Shown one piece after another: positions 1 to 11,940 of a stretch of DNA of 64,000 bases. Position 1 is the stretch's first letter. Every line of letters starts with the position of its first letter. The notes under the pieces are model-generated. The model made no database searches. It was not told the origin of the DNA and saw nothing but the letters and a program-made list of their open reading frames with translations. A program made the position numbers and the translations under genes. This stretch comes from Mobula hypostoma (lineage: Eukaryota): contig NC_086097.1 of assembly GCF_963921235.1 (NCBI RefSeq), positions 246,204,001-246,268,000 on the forward strand, given 5' to 3'.

Positions 1-165
1 GATCGGTCAACGTTTCGGACCGGAACCCTTCGTCAGGACTGTTGAAGGGTTCCGGCCTGAAACGTCGACCGATCTTTTCCACGGATGCTGCCCGACCTGC
101 TGAGTTCCTCCAGCGTGTTGTGAGTGTTGCTTTGACCCCAGCATCTGCAGATTATTTTGTGTTTA
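1..165. mobile_element. Penelope-derived short repeat, head-to-head inverted pair (left arm truncated by window edge)
   Basis: 1-34 is the approximate reverse complement of 42-74 (gaagggttccggcctgaaacgtcgaccgatc). The right arm continues into ggatgctgcccgacctgctgagttcctccagc...gcatctgcagatt, the same motif that follows the GIY-YIG remnant at 3595-4045. Confidence 0.75.
4..40 (-). ncRNA. Minimal type I hammerhead ribozyme motif
   Basis: Minus strand reads AGTC CTGACGA A GGG-TTCCGG-TCC GAAA CGTT GACC: intact CUGANGA and GAAA cores, stem II, GUU cleavage triplet and stem I GTC/GAC. Confidence 0.6.
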
Positions 166-615
166 GCCTCTGACAACTAAGTCCAGCGGAACCATTTCTA
201 CTGACAGGAGAAGGGGCAAAGGTGGGTTACTGGCGCCTTAAAACCAGTCGCTTTGGGCAGATGAGGCTCATCAGCACTGGTTGGCAGCTCATCTCGGAGA
301 AGGAAAACTCTGATCTCAAGCCTCCGCTGCCTTGCAGCTATTCCCATTCATGGGGAAGTCTTTGGGAGTAAACCCCGACGGAAAACTCCAGAGCTGGAGT
401 TCCTAAAGCTGTCTTACATTGAGTTCAACACTGACTGGCAACTCCTGTGATGCCAACTGTATTGGCCTCTGCCGTTCCTTTTGGTTCATCGGATGTATGG
501 AGAGGGGGAGCTTGCTACATGGGCAACAGCTTGCTCTCCATATCGTACTGCCCAGACTTGCATATCTAGACAGCTAGGACACAATATCCATGTTTGACCC
601 TGACTGACGGAAGCC
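166..615 (+). mobile_element. Non-autonomous RTE/Vingi-like retroposon (family A)
   Basis: Homologous in reverse orientation to 12329-12912 (ctactgacaggagaaggggc, gagaaggaaaactctga, gggagtaaaccc, ggcaactcctgtgatg). Non-coding; family assignment uncertain. Confidence 0.55.
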
Positions 616-1949
616 GCTCCCCCTTTCTCTCTCTCACACACACATATATATATAGTGAATAAAGTTGATCCTTGATCCTTGAATCTTATTAATCCTAATT
701 TATACAGTGGTAACACCACAGATTTGAGAGCCGTTTGTATTGGATGCATATTGAGCACATGTTTCAGGTATTCAATACCTGAATACTCTGTGCAGTATAA
801 TATAGGCATCTCCCAAGTTAGGGTCGTTTGCCGAACAAAAAAAGTTGCCCGTATAAAGTTTACAGCACGCTGCCCAAAAACCTGAGATGTAGACTAGAAT
901 TTGCTCTCACTGAATTTATCTGAAACGAGTAAATAAATAAACATAGAAGTGTTATAATCACAAGAGGTTGCAGAGGGTTGTAGATTCAGCTGGCTCCATC
1001 AAGGGCACAAGCCTCCCCCCCACCATCAAGGACATCCTGAAGAGGTGATGCCTCAGAAAGGTGGTGTCCATCATTAAGGACCCTCACCATCCAGGACACG
1101 CCCTCTTCGCATCGCTACCAGCAGGGAAGAGGAACAGGAGCCTTAAGTGCACACTCAACATTTTAGGAACAGCTTCTTCCCCTCCATCACCAGATTTCTG
1201 AGCAATCCGTGAACCCATGATTACTATCCCACGCATTCCTATGAGTTCTAGTGAAGGGTCTCTGCCTGACACGTCGACTGTTATTCCTCTCCATAGATAC
1301 TGCCCGACCTGCTGAGTTCCTCCAGTGTGAGAACGACCTCATTATTCACCTTTCGCACATTTATTTATTGTTTTAACTTATCGTAACTGTGTGCTGTCAC
1401 AAAGCAAGCAACAAATTTCATATATATAAGCCATTGATTCTAGTTATTCTGAGACTGTTGAAACTGGTTCTAGTTTCCTCAGCCAACGGAAATATCTTCC
1501 CTTCCCTGATTTTTGGGTAGCATGCTGTAAATTCTGCAAGGCTAGTTTTTTTTTGTTTCGCAAATGACCCACACTTTATATCTTACATCCTCTCATACTT
1601 CAGAGCGATCTTAAAATTTTTTTTTACCTTAATCATACAGACTAAGTTGTTCACCATGCTATCCAATATTAACCAGTCCACTATTAATCTAATTGTAGGC
1701 ACAATCAAAATTCTTTGTTTAAACTTCACATGCCAGGTACATTTTATTGTAACTTGCTGCAGAGCTGGGCGTGCAGTTCTCCAGTCTGCAGTTCCCACAG
1801 AAATCCTGTGGCTGTCCCTTACACATGTCCCTCAGAGCTCCTGGGCATATATCTCACCTGCACTTCTCCCTCACCCCCCACCAAGCTCCATTGTTTTTCT
1901 TTCCCATTGTTTCCAAAATGTCCGTGATTATCTCTCTCTCCAACATTCT

Positions 1950-2400
1950 CCCTAAAACTCCCAGGTCTCTTGCTCCCATATTCCCTCTAAAATTCCTGGG
2001 TGTCTCTTTCCCACACATCCCCTGTAAAACAGCCGAGCCTCTCTCTCCCACACTCCCTAAAATTCCTGAGCCTCTCTCTCCCATACTCCCCCTGTAAAAC
2101 AGCCAAGCCTCTCTCTCCCAGTCTCCCTAAAACTCCTGACCATCTCTCTCCCACACTCCCCCTGTAAAATAGCCAAGCCCCTCTCTCCCATACTCCCCCT
2201 GTAAAACACCGGAGCCCCCTTCTCCCACACTCCCCCTGTAAAGCTCCCAAGCCCCTCTCTCTCACACCCCTCCTGTAAAAGTCCCACGCCCCTCTCTCCC
2301 ACACTCCCCCTGAAAAACTCCTGGGTCTCTCTCTCCCACACTCCCAAGCATTTGTCTCCCATAATTCTGCAGAATTTCTGGGATTTTCTCTCCCACATCT
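1950..2400. repeat. C/T-rich minisatellite, about 33-38 bp units
   Basis: Repeated ctctctcccacactccccctgtaaaacagccaagc and variant ctctcccacactccctaaaattcctgagc units. These explain the repetitive GGVWERG-type ORFs. Confidence 0.9.
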
Positions 2401-3594
2401 GCCTCCCTGAAAGCTTTTATCTGTCTCTCACTTCCCTGAGCCTTTCTCCAACTTGTTATCTGTACTCCTTGGCTATCACACTGCAGGACATGTCTTGGTG
2501 ACCATCTTTAATAATCCACACCCAGAATATAAACTGAAAGACTCAATTACTTCTCGTGGCAATCCCACGATCCCATCATTAAGTGGGATTTCTGTCAATG
2601 AGACTCTGCTTTGTACAACAGGGTACTGCATCTGCAATTCAAGCAGTACCGCAAAGCTAATTTTTTGCAGAATGTGTTGAAACAGCTGGAAAAGGTGGGA
2701 GGTAACGTAAAGCTCTGCAAGTTAAACCACTTAAATTTTGGGTGAAGAAGAGAATCAAGCTTCCAGAAGGTCTCATTAGGTCAGGCAGAACCTGTGAAGG
2801 CAGAGGGACAGACAAAAGTCTGGGTCAGAACACAGCAACTTGATTTTCCTCCAGATTCCAGCATCTGCCGTCTCTTGTGTCTCTCTTGTACTTATTTTCT
2901 GTTTATTCCTCTTGATAAATGTATTAATTCAAGACTATTTGCCAGAAAAATTAATCCTAAACAAACCACTGCCTAACATATTGACGTCAGAATATTTAAA
3001 AAATACTGTCAGATGAACCTTCCAAATGCTTTTTATTTTAAAACAATTTTAAGTACATCGGGCTTGATAATCAAAGTATCATAATAAAATGTCATTGACT
3101 TCGTACCGTTAAGATAAATTTCATTGAGAATTTCATCGCAGCCCGAACACCTTGAACAAGATTCCACTGTTTAAAAGATCTCTGCAAACACAGATAATGA
3201 AAATAGTTTCAAGGGAAAGAGGAAATATGGAATTACTTCGAGACAAATGCGCTTGTAAACCCACCATCATGGACGTTTATACAGAAGGGTGCCAGGAAAG
3301 GGTCAATAATATCATGAAGGATCCCACACACCCTGCTCATGGACTGTTTGTCCACTCACACCAGGGAGGAGGCTACTTGGCATCCAGGCCAGGACCACCA
3401 GACTCACAAAGAGTTACCTTCCCCAAGCAGTAAGGCTGATCAACACCTCCACCCGCTAACCCACACCTTCACTCCCCCAACCACCACTGCTTCATCATTT
3501 CCTGTTAGTCACCCATGTACAGACACTACTATACCTGGTGTCACTTTATCAATCTATGATCTATGCATATAAGCTATCTTATGTATATGTACCA

Positions 3595-4045
3595 AGATGA
3601 AACCACCCCCAGGCTGGAGGAGCAACACCTTATATTCCATCTGGGTAGCCTCCAACCTGATGACATGAATATTGATTTCACCTTCTGGTAAAAAAAAAAT
3701 TCCCTTCCCCTCCCCTCTTTGATTGCCCTTTCTGGCCTCTTACCTCTTCTCAGCAGCCTATCATCTCCCCCGAGTCCCCTCCTCCTTCCCCTTCTCCTAC
3801 GATCCACTCTCCTCTCCTATCAGATTCTTTCTTCTCCAGCCCTTTACCTTTCCCACCCACCTGGCTTCACCTACCATCTTCTAGCTACCTTCCTCCCCTC
3901 TCCCCCCCATCATTTTATTCTGGTGTCTTCCCCCTTCCTCTCCAGTCCCGGTGAAGGGTCTCGGCCTGAAACGTTTACTGTTTACTCTTTTCCATGGATG
4001 CTGCCTGACCTGCTGAGTTCCTCCAGCATTTTGTGCGTGTTGCTT
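3595..4045 (+). mobile_element. Penelope-like element 3' fragment (GIY-YIG C-terminus, pyrimidine-rich UTR, decayed hammerhead)
   Basis: Translates as ETTPRLEEQHLIFHLGSLQPDDMNIDF, followed by a C/T-rich tract and ccagtcccggtgaagggtctcggcctgaaacgtttactg. Confidence 0.75.
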
Positions 4046-4334
4046 TCTATTTACAGTTTTTTTAATTATTATGTTCTTGATCTTATTGTGCTGCATCAGA
4101 TCCAGGGTAACAATTATTTCTTTCTCTTTTACACCTGTATACTGGAAATGACATTAAACAATCCTGAATCTTGAAAACTTTGCAATGTGTATTTAACCTT
4201 GCATTATGCACTTAATTTCCATCCTCACACTGAGTATTTGTCCTTGAGCTGGGGATTCGGCACCACAAGCGAATCCAGGTTTACGAGGAAAGAAATATTA
4301 CAACTCTGGAACTTTAACAATCCTCAACCCATAA

Positions 4335-4522
4335 ACACAGAAGAGATCCAGAGTAACGCTCACAAAATCCTGAAGGAACTCAGCAGGTCAGGCAGCATCT
4401 AAGGAGAAGAATAAAGAGTTGATGCTTTGGGCTGTAACCTTTCGCCAAACGTTGACTCTTTATTTATTTCCATAGATGCTGTCTGACCTCCTGAGTTCCT
4501 CCAGTGGTTTGTGTGTGTGTTC
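4335..4522. mobile_element. Penelope-derived inverted (palindromic) repeat pair
   Basis: aggaactcagcaggtcaggcagcatcta...aataaagagttga is mirrored by ttgactctttattt...tagatgctgtctgacctcctgagttcct. Confidence 0.7.
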
Positions 4523-5821
4523 CTCCCCAACCCCTCTGATCCCACGGAACTAATTCAGTGAATTAGGTGGATGACCTGGTATTTATTATTGGGACAGCTT
4601 CCAACACCAAACTCATCTATGCAAAAAAAATGCTTTACTTGTGCCCAGAGCCTTCCTTCTAAAGTTATTTCAATGGCCACAGCCAAAGTTGTGACACTAT
4701 GGAGTAAATTTGCAAACTGATCCAGTGTGGACATTCAACATTACATTCCTTCAAGGTTCTTCATATGAGTCAGAAATGTTTGTATCAAGAAAGCCACATA
4801 AAATAGATAGAAATGTTTATTCAGACAATATCTGCGGCTTGTCCAAACTATGAAATATAAACAATTTACATTCTGTAGTGTAGATAATTGATTCCAGTAA
4901 GAAGTGAGGGATATATTAACATTTTTATCAGCTCACTTTCAACATATTAAGGAAGTACAAAATTAGCTTCTTAAAAACTCTTCCCAATTGCTTTTATTTG
5001 CATTATAAAAGAAGAAATTTTGTCATTGAAGTTTTAGTTCTGTTGTGTTAGAACACAGCACAGCAGTGGACAGTACAGGTCCTTTGGCCACAAGAGGGTG
5101 GTGAACCTGTGGAATTCGTTGCCACGATGGCTATGGAGGTCGAGTCATTGGGTATATTTAAAGCGGAGGTTGATAGATTCTTGATTAGTTGGGGTGTCAA
5201 AGGCTATGGGGAGAAGGCAGGCGAATGGGGATGAGCGGATAGTAAATCAGCCGTGGTGGAATGATGTGCTAACCCCAAGAGCAATCTCACCTTTCCCTCC
5301 CACATAACCCTCCATTTTCCTTTAATCCACATGCTTATCTAAGAGGTGATTATCTAAATGCCCTAATGTATATACCTCTACTATCGCCCCTTGCAGTGTG
5401 TTCCATGCAGTTACCGCCCTCTAAAAACAACTACGTTTGACATCCCCCACTCATTTCTCTGATCACCATAAATATATGTCCACTCATTTCAGTGATTTGC
5501 TGCCTAGGAAAGAAAGGCACTGATTGTCCACTCAATCTTTGCCTCTTATCATCTTATACATTTGCAGTGAGGTTATGCTTTCTATGAGCAGTGTTTGGCA
5601 CTGGGACTTTGGCAAGTTCAAAGTGGCCTTGCAGTTATTATCAGTGACATTTTGTATTTTAGCCCACATGTCAGTAAAAGTTACTGGCTTGGAGAAGTTC
5701 AATTTCCATCAAGTTAATGTGGTTGAATTTGCACAAGTCAAACACCACAACATTCATCAATTCTATACCTTTACAAAGGCATTTGTCTAAAGATTTCTGA
5801 ACAACTATTTTGAATTCCATC

Positions 5822-6370
5822 CACTTTTGGGCCCCTTCTCCAAGAAAGGATGTACTGGCGTTGGAGAGGATCCAGAGGAGATTCATAAGAATGATCCTGT
5901 GAATGAATGGGTTAACATATGAGGAGCATTTGATCATTCTGGGCTTGTACTTGTTGGAGTTTAGAAGAATGAGGGAATTTCATTGAAACCTATGGAATAT
6001 TGAAAGGCCAAGATAGAGTGGACATGGAGAGGATGTTTCCAGGGTGGATGTGGAGAGGACGTTTCCTATAGTGGGTGAATCTATTACCACAGGGACAGAC
6101 TCAGAATAGAAAGGCATCCCCTTAGGACAGAGATGAGGTGGAATTTCTTTAGCCAGAGGGTGGGGAACCTGTGGAATTCATTGCCACAGACAGCTGTGGA
6201 GGCCAAGTCATTGAGTATATTTAAAATGGAGGTTGATATGTTCTTGATTAGTCAGGCCGTCAAAGGTTACAGGGAGAAGGCAGGAGAATGGGATTGAGCT
6301 GTGATGGAATGACAGAGCAGACTCGATGGGCTGAAAAGACCTAATTTTGCTCCAATGTTATATGGCCTTT
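5822..6370 (+). mobile_element. CR1 LINE 3' fragment, decayed
   Basis: FWAP..RKDVLALERIQRRF and RVGNLWNSLP-type motifs plus a CR1-type 3' UTR. Confidence 0.85.
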
Positions 6371-6503
6371 AGGGCACCAGCTTTGAAGGTCCACACCAGG
6401 AACATATTATATATCTTCATTGATCACTCTGCGGCTAATTACATTACAGAAAACACGGCTGAACAGCCTTACAACAATCTGGAGCTCAATTTACCTTGCT
6501 TCA

Positions 6504-6509
6504 TTTATT
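6504..6509 (-). promoter_or_regulatory. Candidate polyadenylation signal of SUGCT
   Basis: tttatt on + equals AATAAA on -, about 83 nt downstream of the SUGCT stop codon, in unique sequence. Confidence 0.55.
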
Positions 6510-6591
6510 GTATGCAATTGTAAAAGATCTAAAGTGTGAAAGAGGTTGATCTCAGAAAGCTCAAAACCAGTTTTCTCGTATAGATTAGCCT

Positions 6592-6755
6592 TCAGTTTAG
6601 TTCATGCTGAGTGACTGTCTCGGCCGCAAGTAATTCCTTGATAAAGTTATCACTGTAACCCAGCATAGTCTTTAGTACTTCGATGGTGTGCTGTCCAGTC
6701 AAAGGTGGCGGCTTCGGACTGGATATCTTGAAGTCACTGAACCTGACAGCAGGAC
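6592..6755 (-). CDS. SUGCT: Terminal coding exon of succinyl-CoA:glutarate CoA-transferase (CaiB/BaiF family III CoA-transferase)
   Basis: Acceptor ctctttttgattactccacag|GT CCT, phase 1, 164 nt. Translation (G)PAVRFSDFKISSPKPPPLTGQHTIEVLKTMLGYSDNFIKELLAAETVTQHELN* matches the vertebrate SUGCT C-terminus as I recall it (GPAVRYSKFKMSEARPPPLLGQHTTHILKEVLRYDD...VVDQHE). Confidence 0.93.
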
Positions 6756-7356
6756 CTGTGGAGTAATCAAAAAGAGCTGAGTACTAACAAAGGGAGGAAG
6801 ATGGTTGTAGTTTCACATTAGATCAGAGACTGGTTAAATAAACGGGCCCAACATATTGATGCAATTATAAGTAAGGCAGGTCAGCACCATATTCCATTAG
6901 GAGTTTGAGGTGATTTGGTATGTCAACAAAGACTCCAGCAAATTTCTGCAGATGTACGGCGGAAGACATTCTGACTGGGTTGCATCACCGTCTGGTAATG
7001 ATACGGTAATGCACAGGCTCGGAAAAAGCTGCAGAGGGTTGTAAACCCAACCATTTCCACTGTGGGCGCGAGCTTCCTCAGCAACAAGACATGTCCAAAT
7101 GGCAATGCATCAAGAAGGTCGCATCCATCATTAAGGATCCTCACTGTCCAAGATATACCCACACTCAACAATTCAGGAACTCCATCAGATTTCTGAACAG
7201 TTCATGAACCCATGAACACTACCTCACTATTTTGCATAAACACAAGAAATTCTGCAGATGCTGGAAATCCAGAGCAACACACACAAAATGCTGGAAGGAC
7301 TCAGCAGGTCAGGCAGCATCTATGGAAATGAATAAACAGTTGATGTTTTGGGCTGA

Positions 7357-8110
7357 GAATGGGCAAAGAAGTAGCAGATGGAATACAGCATTAGGAGGTG
7401 TGTGGTCATGCACTGTGTTAGAAGAAATAAAAGCATGAACTATTTTCTAAATGGGGAGAAAATCCAAAAATCTGAGGTGCAAAGAGCCCTTGTGCAGGAG
7501 TCCCTCAAGGTTAACTTGCAAGTTGAGTCGGTAGTGAGGAAGGCAAATGCATTCATTTCGAAAGGACTAGAATATAAAAACAAGGGTGTATTGCTGGATC
7601 TTTATAAGGCATTGCTCAGACTGTACTTGGAGTATTGTGAGCAGATTTGGGCCCCTTATCTAAGAAAAGATGTGCTGACATTGGAGAGGCTTCAGAAGAG
7701 GTTCACAAGAATGATTCTGGGAATTAAAGGGTTATTGTATGAGGAGGGATCTCATTGAAACATTTTGAATGTTGAAAGGCCTACATAGAGTAGGTGAGGA
7801 GAGGATGTTTCCCATGGTGGGAGCCTAGGACCAGAGGGCACAGCCTCAATATAGAGGGATGTCTTTTTAGAACAGAGATGAGGAGGATTTTCTTCAGGGT
7901 TGTGAATAATTGGAATTCATTGGCATGGACGGCTGCGCAGGCTGAGTGATTGGGTATACTTGAAGCGGAGGTGGATAGATTCTTGATTAGTAAGGGTGTC
8001 AAAAGTTACAGGAAGCCGGCAGGAAAATGAGTTTGAGAGGAATCAGCCATGATGGAATGAAAGAGCAGATTCGATGAGCCAAATGGCTTAATATCTCATT
8101 GTCTTATGCT
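7357..8110 (+). mobile_element. CR1 LINE 3' fragment
   Basis: ORF 7378-7758 contains VVRKAN...LYKALLRLYLEYCEQIWAPYLRKDVLTLERLQKRFTRMI. Confidence 0.9.
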
Positions 8111-8719
8111 CTTTGTAACATCGAGCATAAGGCATAAGAACAGAATGAGGGCATCTGGCCCACTGAGTCTGTGTAAAACATCAAAATCTCTGGAAGTGCA
8201 CAGAGTCAAAGGTCTTTCAATACGATTAAATAAATGTCACCCTTGATATGGTCGAAGCATTAGAAAGTCACAATATCTGGATGAGAAACAAGTAATCATC
8301 TCTGAGAGCACTAAAATTACAAATTTCCTTCAATCTCATACTCACAGCCTTATTGAATAAGTTCAACGTAGCCCCATGGCACTGTCATGGTGTTTATATT
8401 AAGATGTGTGCCTATTAGGACGCAAGTTATTCAACCTCTATTGAAACTATTGTCTACCTCCAGACCTCACTCAAAATGAGATGGTGATTATTGGGACACA
8501 AATAGAAAGCTGTGGAACTTGAAATAGTGTGTAACCCAATTAGTAACCACAGTGAAGGAATTGTGATGGGAAATGAGAAAAGCAGTGCTTTGTTTAATTA
8601 AAATTCCAGTTACTTCATCATCAGTCAATTCTCCTGCATGAATGGAGAATTATAACACTGAAGCATAGTTTCGTTCCCCCAATAAACAGAATATTCCTAG
8701 AACACAATCGGGGAAGTTT

Positions 8720-9145
8720 ATCAATGTTCTACTTTCAGAGGAGGCTGAAGAAAGCTGGACTATGCACATCTATACTCACGTCCTTCTACAGGTGCACAGT
8801 GGAGAGCATCCTAACAAACTGCATCACTGTACTGCTGCAGGCAAGAAGGCTTTACTGCCCAATGCAGTCAAAACTGCCCAATGCATTACTGGCACCAGCC
8901 TACAGAAAGGTGCCAGAGAAGGGCCATAACATCATGAAGGATTTCACCCACACTGCTCATGGACTGTTTGTCTCACTCCCATCAGGGAGGAGGCTACGTA
9001 ACATCCACACCAGGACCACCAGTCTCAAAAACAGTTATTTTCCCCAAGCAGAAAGGCTGATCAACACCTCCACTGACTAACCCACCCCTCCACAACCCCC
9101 CCAACTACCACTACTTTATCACTTCCTACAGTCACCTCATGTACA
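8720..9145 (+). mobile_element. Rex1/Babar-like LINE 3' fragment (continues at about 13272-13340)
   Basis: YFQRRLKKAGL...FYRCTVESILTNCIT...LPSGRRLR motif. The tail resumes after the CR1 at gtacagacactcctgtacc, similar to 3515-3580. Confidence 0.75.
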
Positions 9146-11008
9146 AAATTAAAAAGGGCAAAGACTACAGGGCTGAAGGTTTTGTATTTAAATGCACGTA
9201 ACATTCAGAATAAGGTGGATGAACTCGCAGTGCAGTTACAGATTGGTCGGTATGACGTTGTCGGCTTCATTCAGTCGTGGCCATAGTTGAGAGCTTAACA
9301 TCAAAGGATATGCTTTGTATTGAAAGGGCAGGCAGGAAGGCATAGGCGGTGGTGTGGCTCTGTTGGTAAGAGATGAAATTACATCTTTGTAAAGAGGTAA
9401 CATTGGGACAGAGAATGTCGAACCTTTGTGGGTGGAGTTAAGAAACTGCAAGAGTAAAAAAAACGTTATGGGAATCATATATAGGCTCCAAATAGTAGCC
9501 AAGATTTGGGGCTGAGATTGCAAAGGGAGCTGGAAAAGGCATGCAATAAAACTAATGTCACAATTATAATGGAAAATTGGTTGGTGTTGGATCATAAGAG
9601 AGGGAATTTGTTGAATGCCTAAGAGATGGGTGTTTAGAGCAGCATGTGCTTGAGCCTACTGGAAGAAAGGCTATTTTAAATTGGGTGCTGTGTAATAACC
9701 CAGATCATATTAGGGAGCGTAGCATAAAGGAACCCTTAGGAGACAGTGATCATAATATGATTGAATTCATACTGCAATTTGAGAGGGAGAATCTTAAGTC
9801 ACAATGGAATAAAGTGAATTTCAGAGGTATGAGAGAGGAGCTTCCCCAGGAGGATTAGACGAAGATACTGGTGGGGATGACGGCAGAGCAGAGATGGCTG
9901 GAGTTTCTGGGAGTAGTTCACAAGGTGCAGGATAGATATGTCCCACAGAAGAAGTTGTTCTCAAATGGCAGGGGTAGGAAACCATGACTGACAAAGGAAG
10001 TTAAGGACTGCATAAAAGTAAAGGAAAGGTCATATAAGGTATCAAAAGGGAGTGGGAAGTTGGATGATTGGGAAGCTTTAAAAATCCAACAAAAGGAAAC
10101 TAAAAAAGCTGTAAGAAGGGAAAAGATGAAATATGAGGGCAAATTAGCCAATAATATAAAGCAGTATATCAAAATCTTTTTCAGTTATATAAACAATAAA
10201 AGGCAGGTGAGAGTTGATATTGGACCACTGGAAAATGATACTGGTGAGGTAGTAATGGGGGACAAAGAGATGGCAGATGAACATAATGGGTACTTTGCAT
10301 CTGTCTTCACTGTGGAAGCTACTAGCAGTGTGCCAGAGGTCCATGAGTAACAGGGTGCAGGAGTGAGTGCTATTGCTATTACAAAGGAAGAAGCCAAATT
10401 CAAAGATCTTAAGGTGGTTAAGTCACCTGGAACTACATCCCAGAGTCCTGAGAGAGGTTGCTGAGGAGATAATGGATGCAATGGTCATGATCTTTCAAGA
10501 ATCACTTGACTTTGGCATGGTCCCAGAGGACGAAAAGATTGCAAATGTCACTCCGCTCTTTAAGAAGGGAGGAAGGCAAAAGAAAGGAAATTATAGGCCA
10601 GTTAGCCCAAACTCAGGAGTTGGAAAAGTGTTGGAGACTAATTATAAAATAAGTCAAAGTCAGCATGTTTTCTGTAAAGGGACATCTTGCCTGACAAATC
10701 TGTTAAGAGTTCTTTGAGGAAATAACAAGCAGGGTGGACAAAGGAGAGGCAGTGGATGTCATTTACTTAGATTTTCAGAAGGCGTTTGATAAGGTGCCAC
10801 ACATGAGACTGCTTAACAAGATAACATCCTATGGCGTTACAGGAAAGATATTGGTATGGAAAGAGGAGTGTTGACTGGCAGGAAGGAGCGAGTGGGAATA
10901 AAAGGGGCCTTTTCTGGTTGGCTGCCAGTGACTAGTGGTGATCCTCAATAATCAGTATTGGGACTGCTGCTTTTCACATTGTTTGTCAATGATTTAGATA
11001 ATGGAATT

Positions 11009-11113
11009 AACGTCGACTGCACCTCTTCCTATAGATGCTGCCTGGCCTGCTGCGTTCACCAGCAACTTTGATGTATGTTGCTTGAACTTCCAGCATCTGC
11101 AGAATTCCTGTTG
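11009..11113 (+). mobile_element. Stand-alone Penelope-derived mini-insertion with TSD
   Basis: Flanked by the direct repeat tttagataatggaatt (10993-11008 and 11114-11129) and interrupts the CR1 RT (NDLDNGI). Confidence 0.85.
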
Positions 11114-11940
11114 TTTAGATAATGGAATTGATGGCTTTGTGGCAAAGTTTGCAGATGATATGAAGATGGGTGGAGGGGTAGGTAGTGCTGAACAAGCAAT
11201 ATGATTCTATCAGGACTTATACAAATTGACAGAATGGGCAAAAAAGTGGCAGATGGAATATGGTGTTCGGAAATGTATGAAAATGCATTTTTGTAAAAGG
11301 AACAATAGTGTGGACTACTATCTAAATGGAGAGAAGGTTCAAACATTAGAGGTGCAGAGGGACTTAGGAGTCCTTGGGCAAGACTCCCAACAGGTTAATG
11401 TACAGGTTGAGGCTGTGGTAAAGAAGGCAAATGCAATGTTTTGCATTTATTTCAGGGGTAATAGAATATAAAAGCAAGGAGATAATGCTGAGGCTTTATA
11501 AGACATTAGTCAGGCTGCAGTTGGGGTATTGTCAACAGTTTTGGGTCTGCTATCTCAGAAAGCATGTGTTGTCATCAGAGAGAGTCCAAAGGAGGTTCAC
11601 GAGGATGATTCTGGGAATGAAGGGGTTAACATATGAGGAGTGTTTGGCAGCTTTGAGTCAGTACTCACTGGAACTTAGAAGAATGTAGGAGGAATCTCAT
11701 TGAAACCTACTGAATGCTGAAAGGATTACATAGGGTGAATGTAAAGAGGATATTTCCTATGGTGGGGGTATCCAAAACTAGAGGGAACAACCTCAAAATT
11801 GAGGAGCAACCTTTTATAGTAAGGAGGAATTTTTTTAGCCAAAGTGTGGTGAATCTGTGGAATACTCTGCCACAGACTGTGGTGGAGGCTAAGTTTGTTG
11901 ATATATATAAGCTGGAAGTTGAGTGTTGCTTGATCGATCA

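Noticed and set aside
756..792. Hairpin ttcaggtatt-c-aatacctgaa as a pre-miRNA
   Set aside because: The perfect stem is only 10 bp; too short and unsupported.
1771..2398. Repetitive ORFs (GGVWERG...) or CRISPR-like array
   Set aside because: The units are contiguous minisatellite repeats with no unique spacers, in a eukaryotic context.
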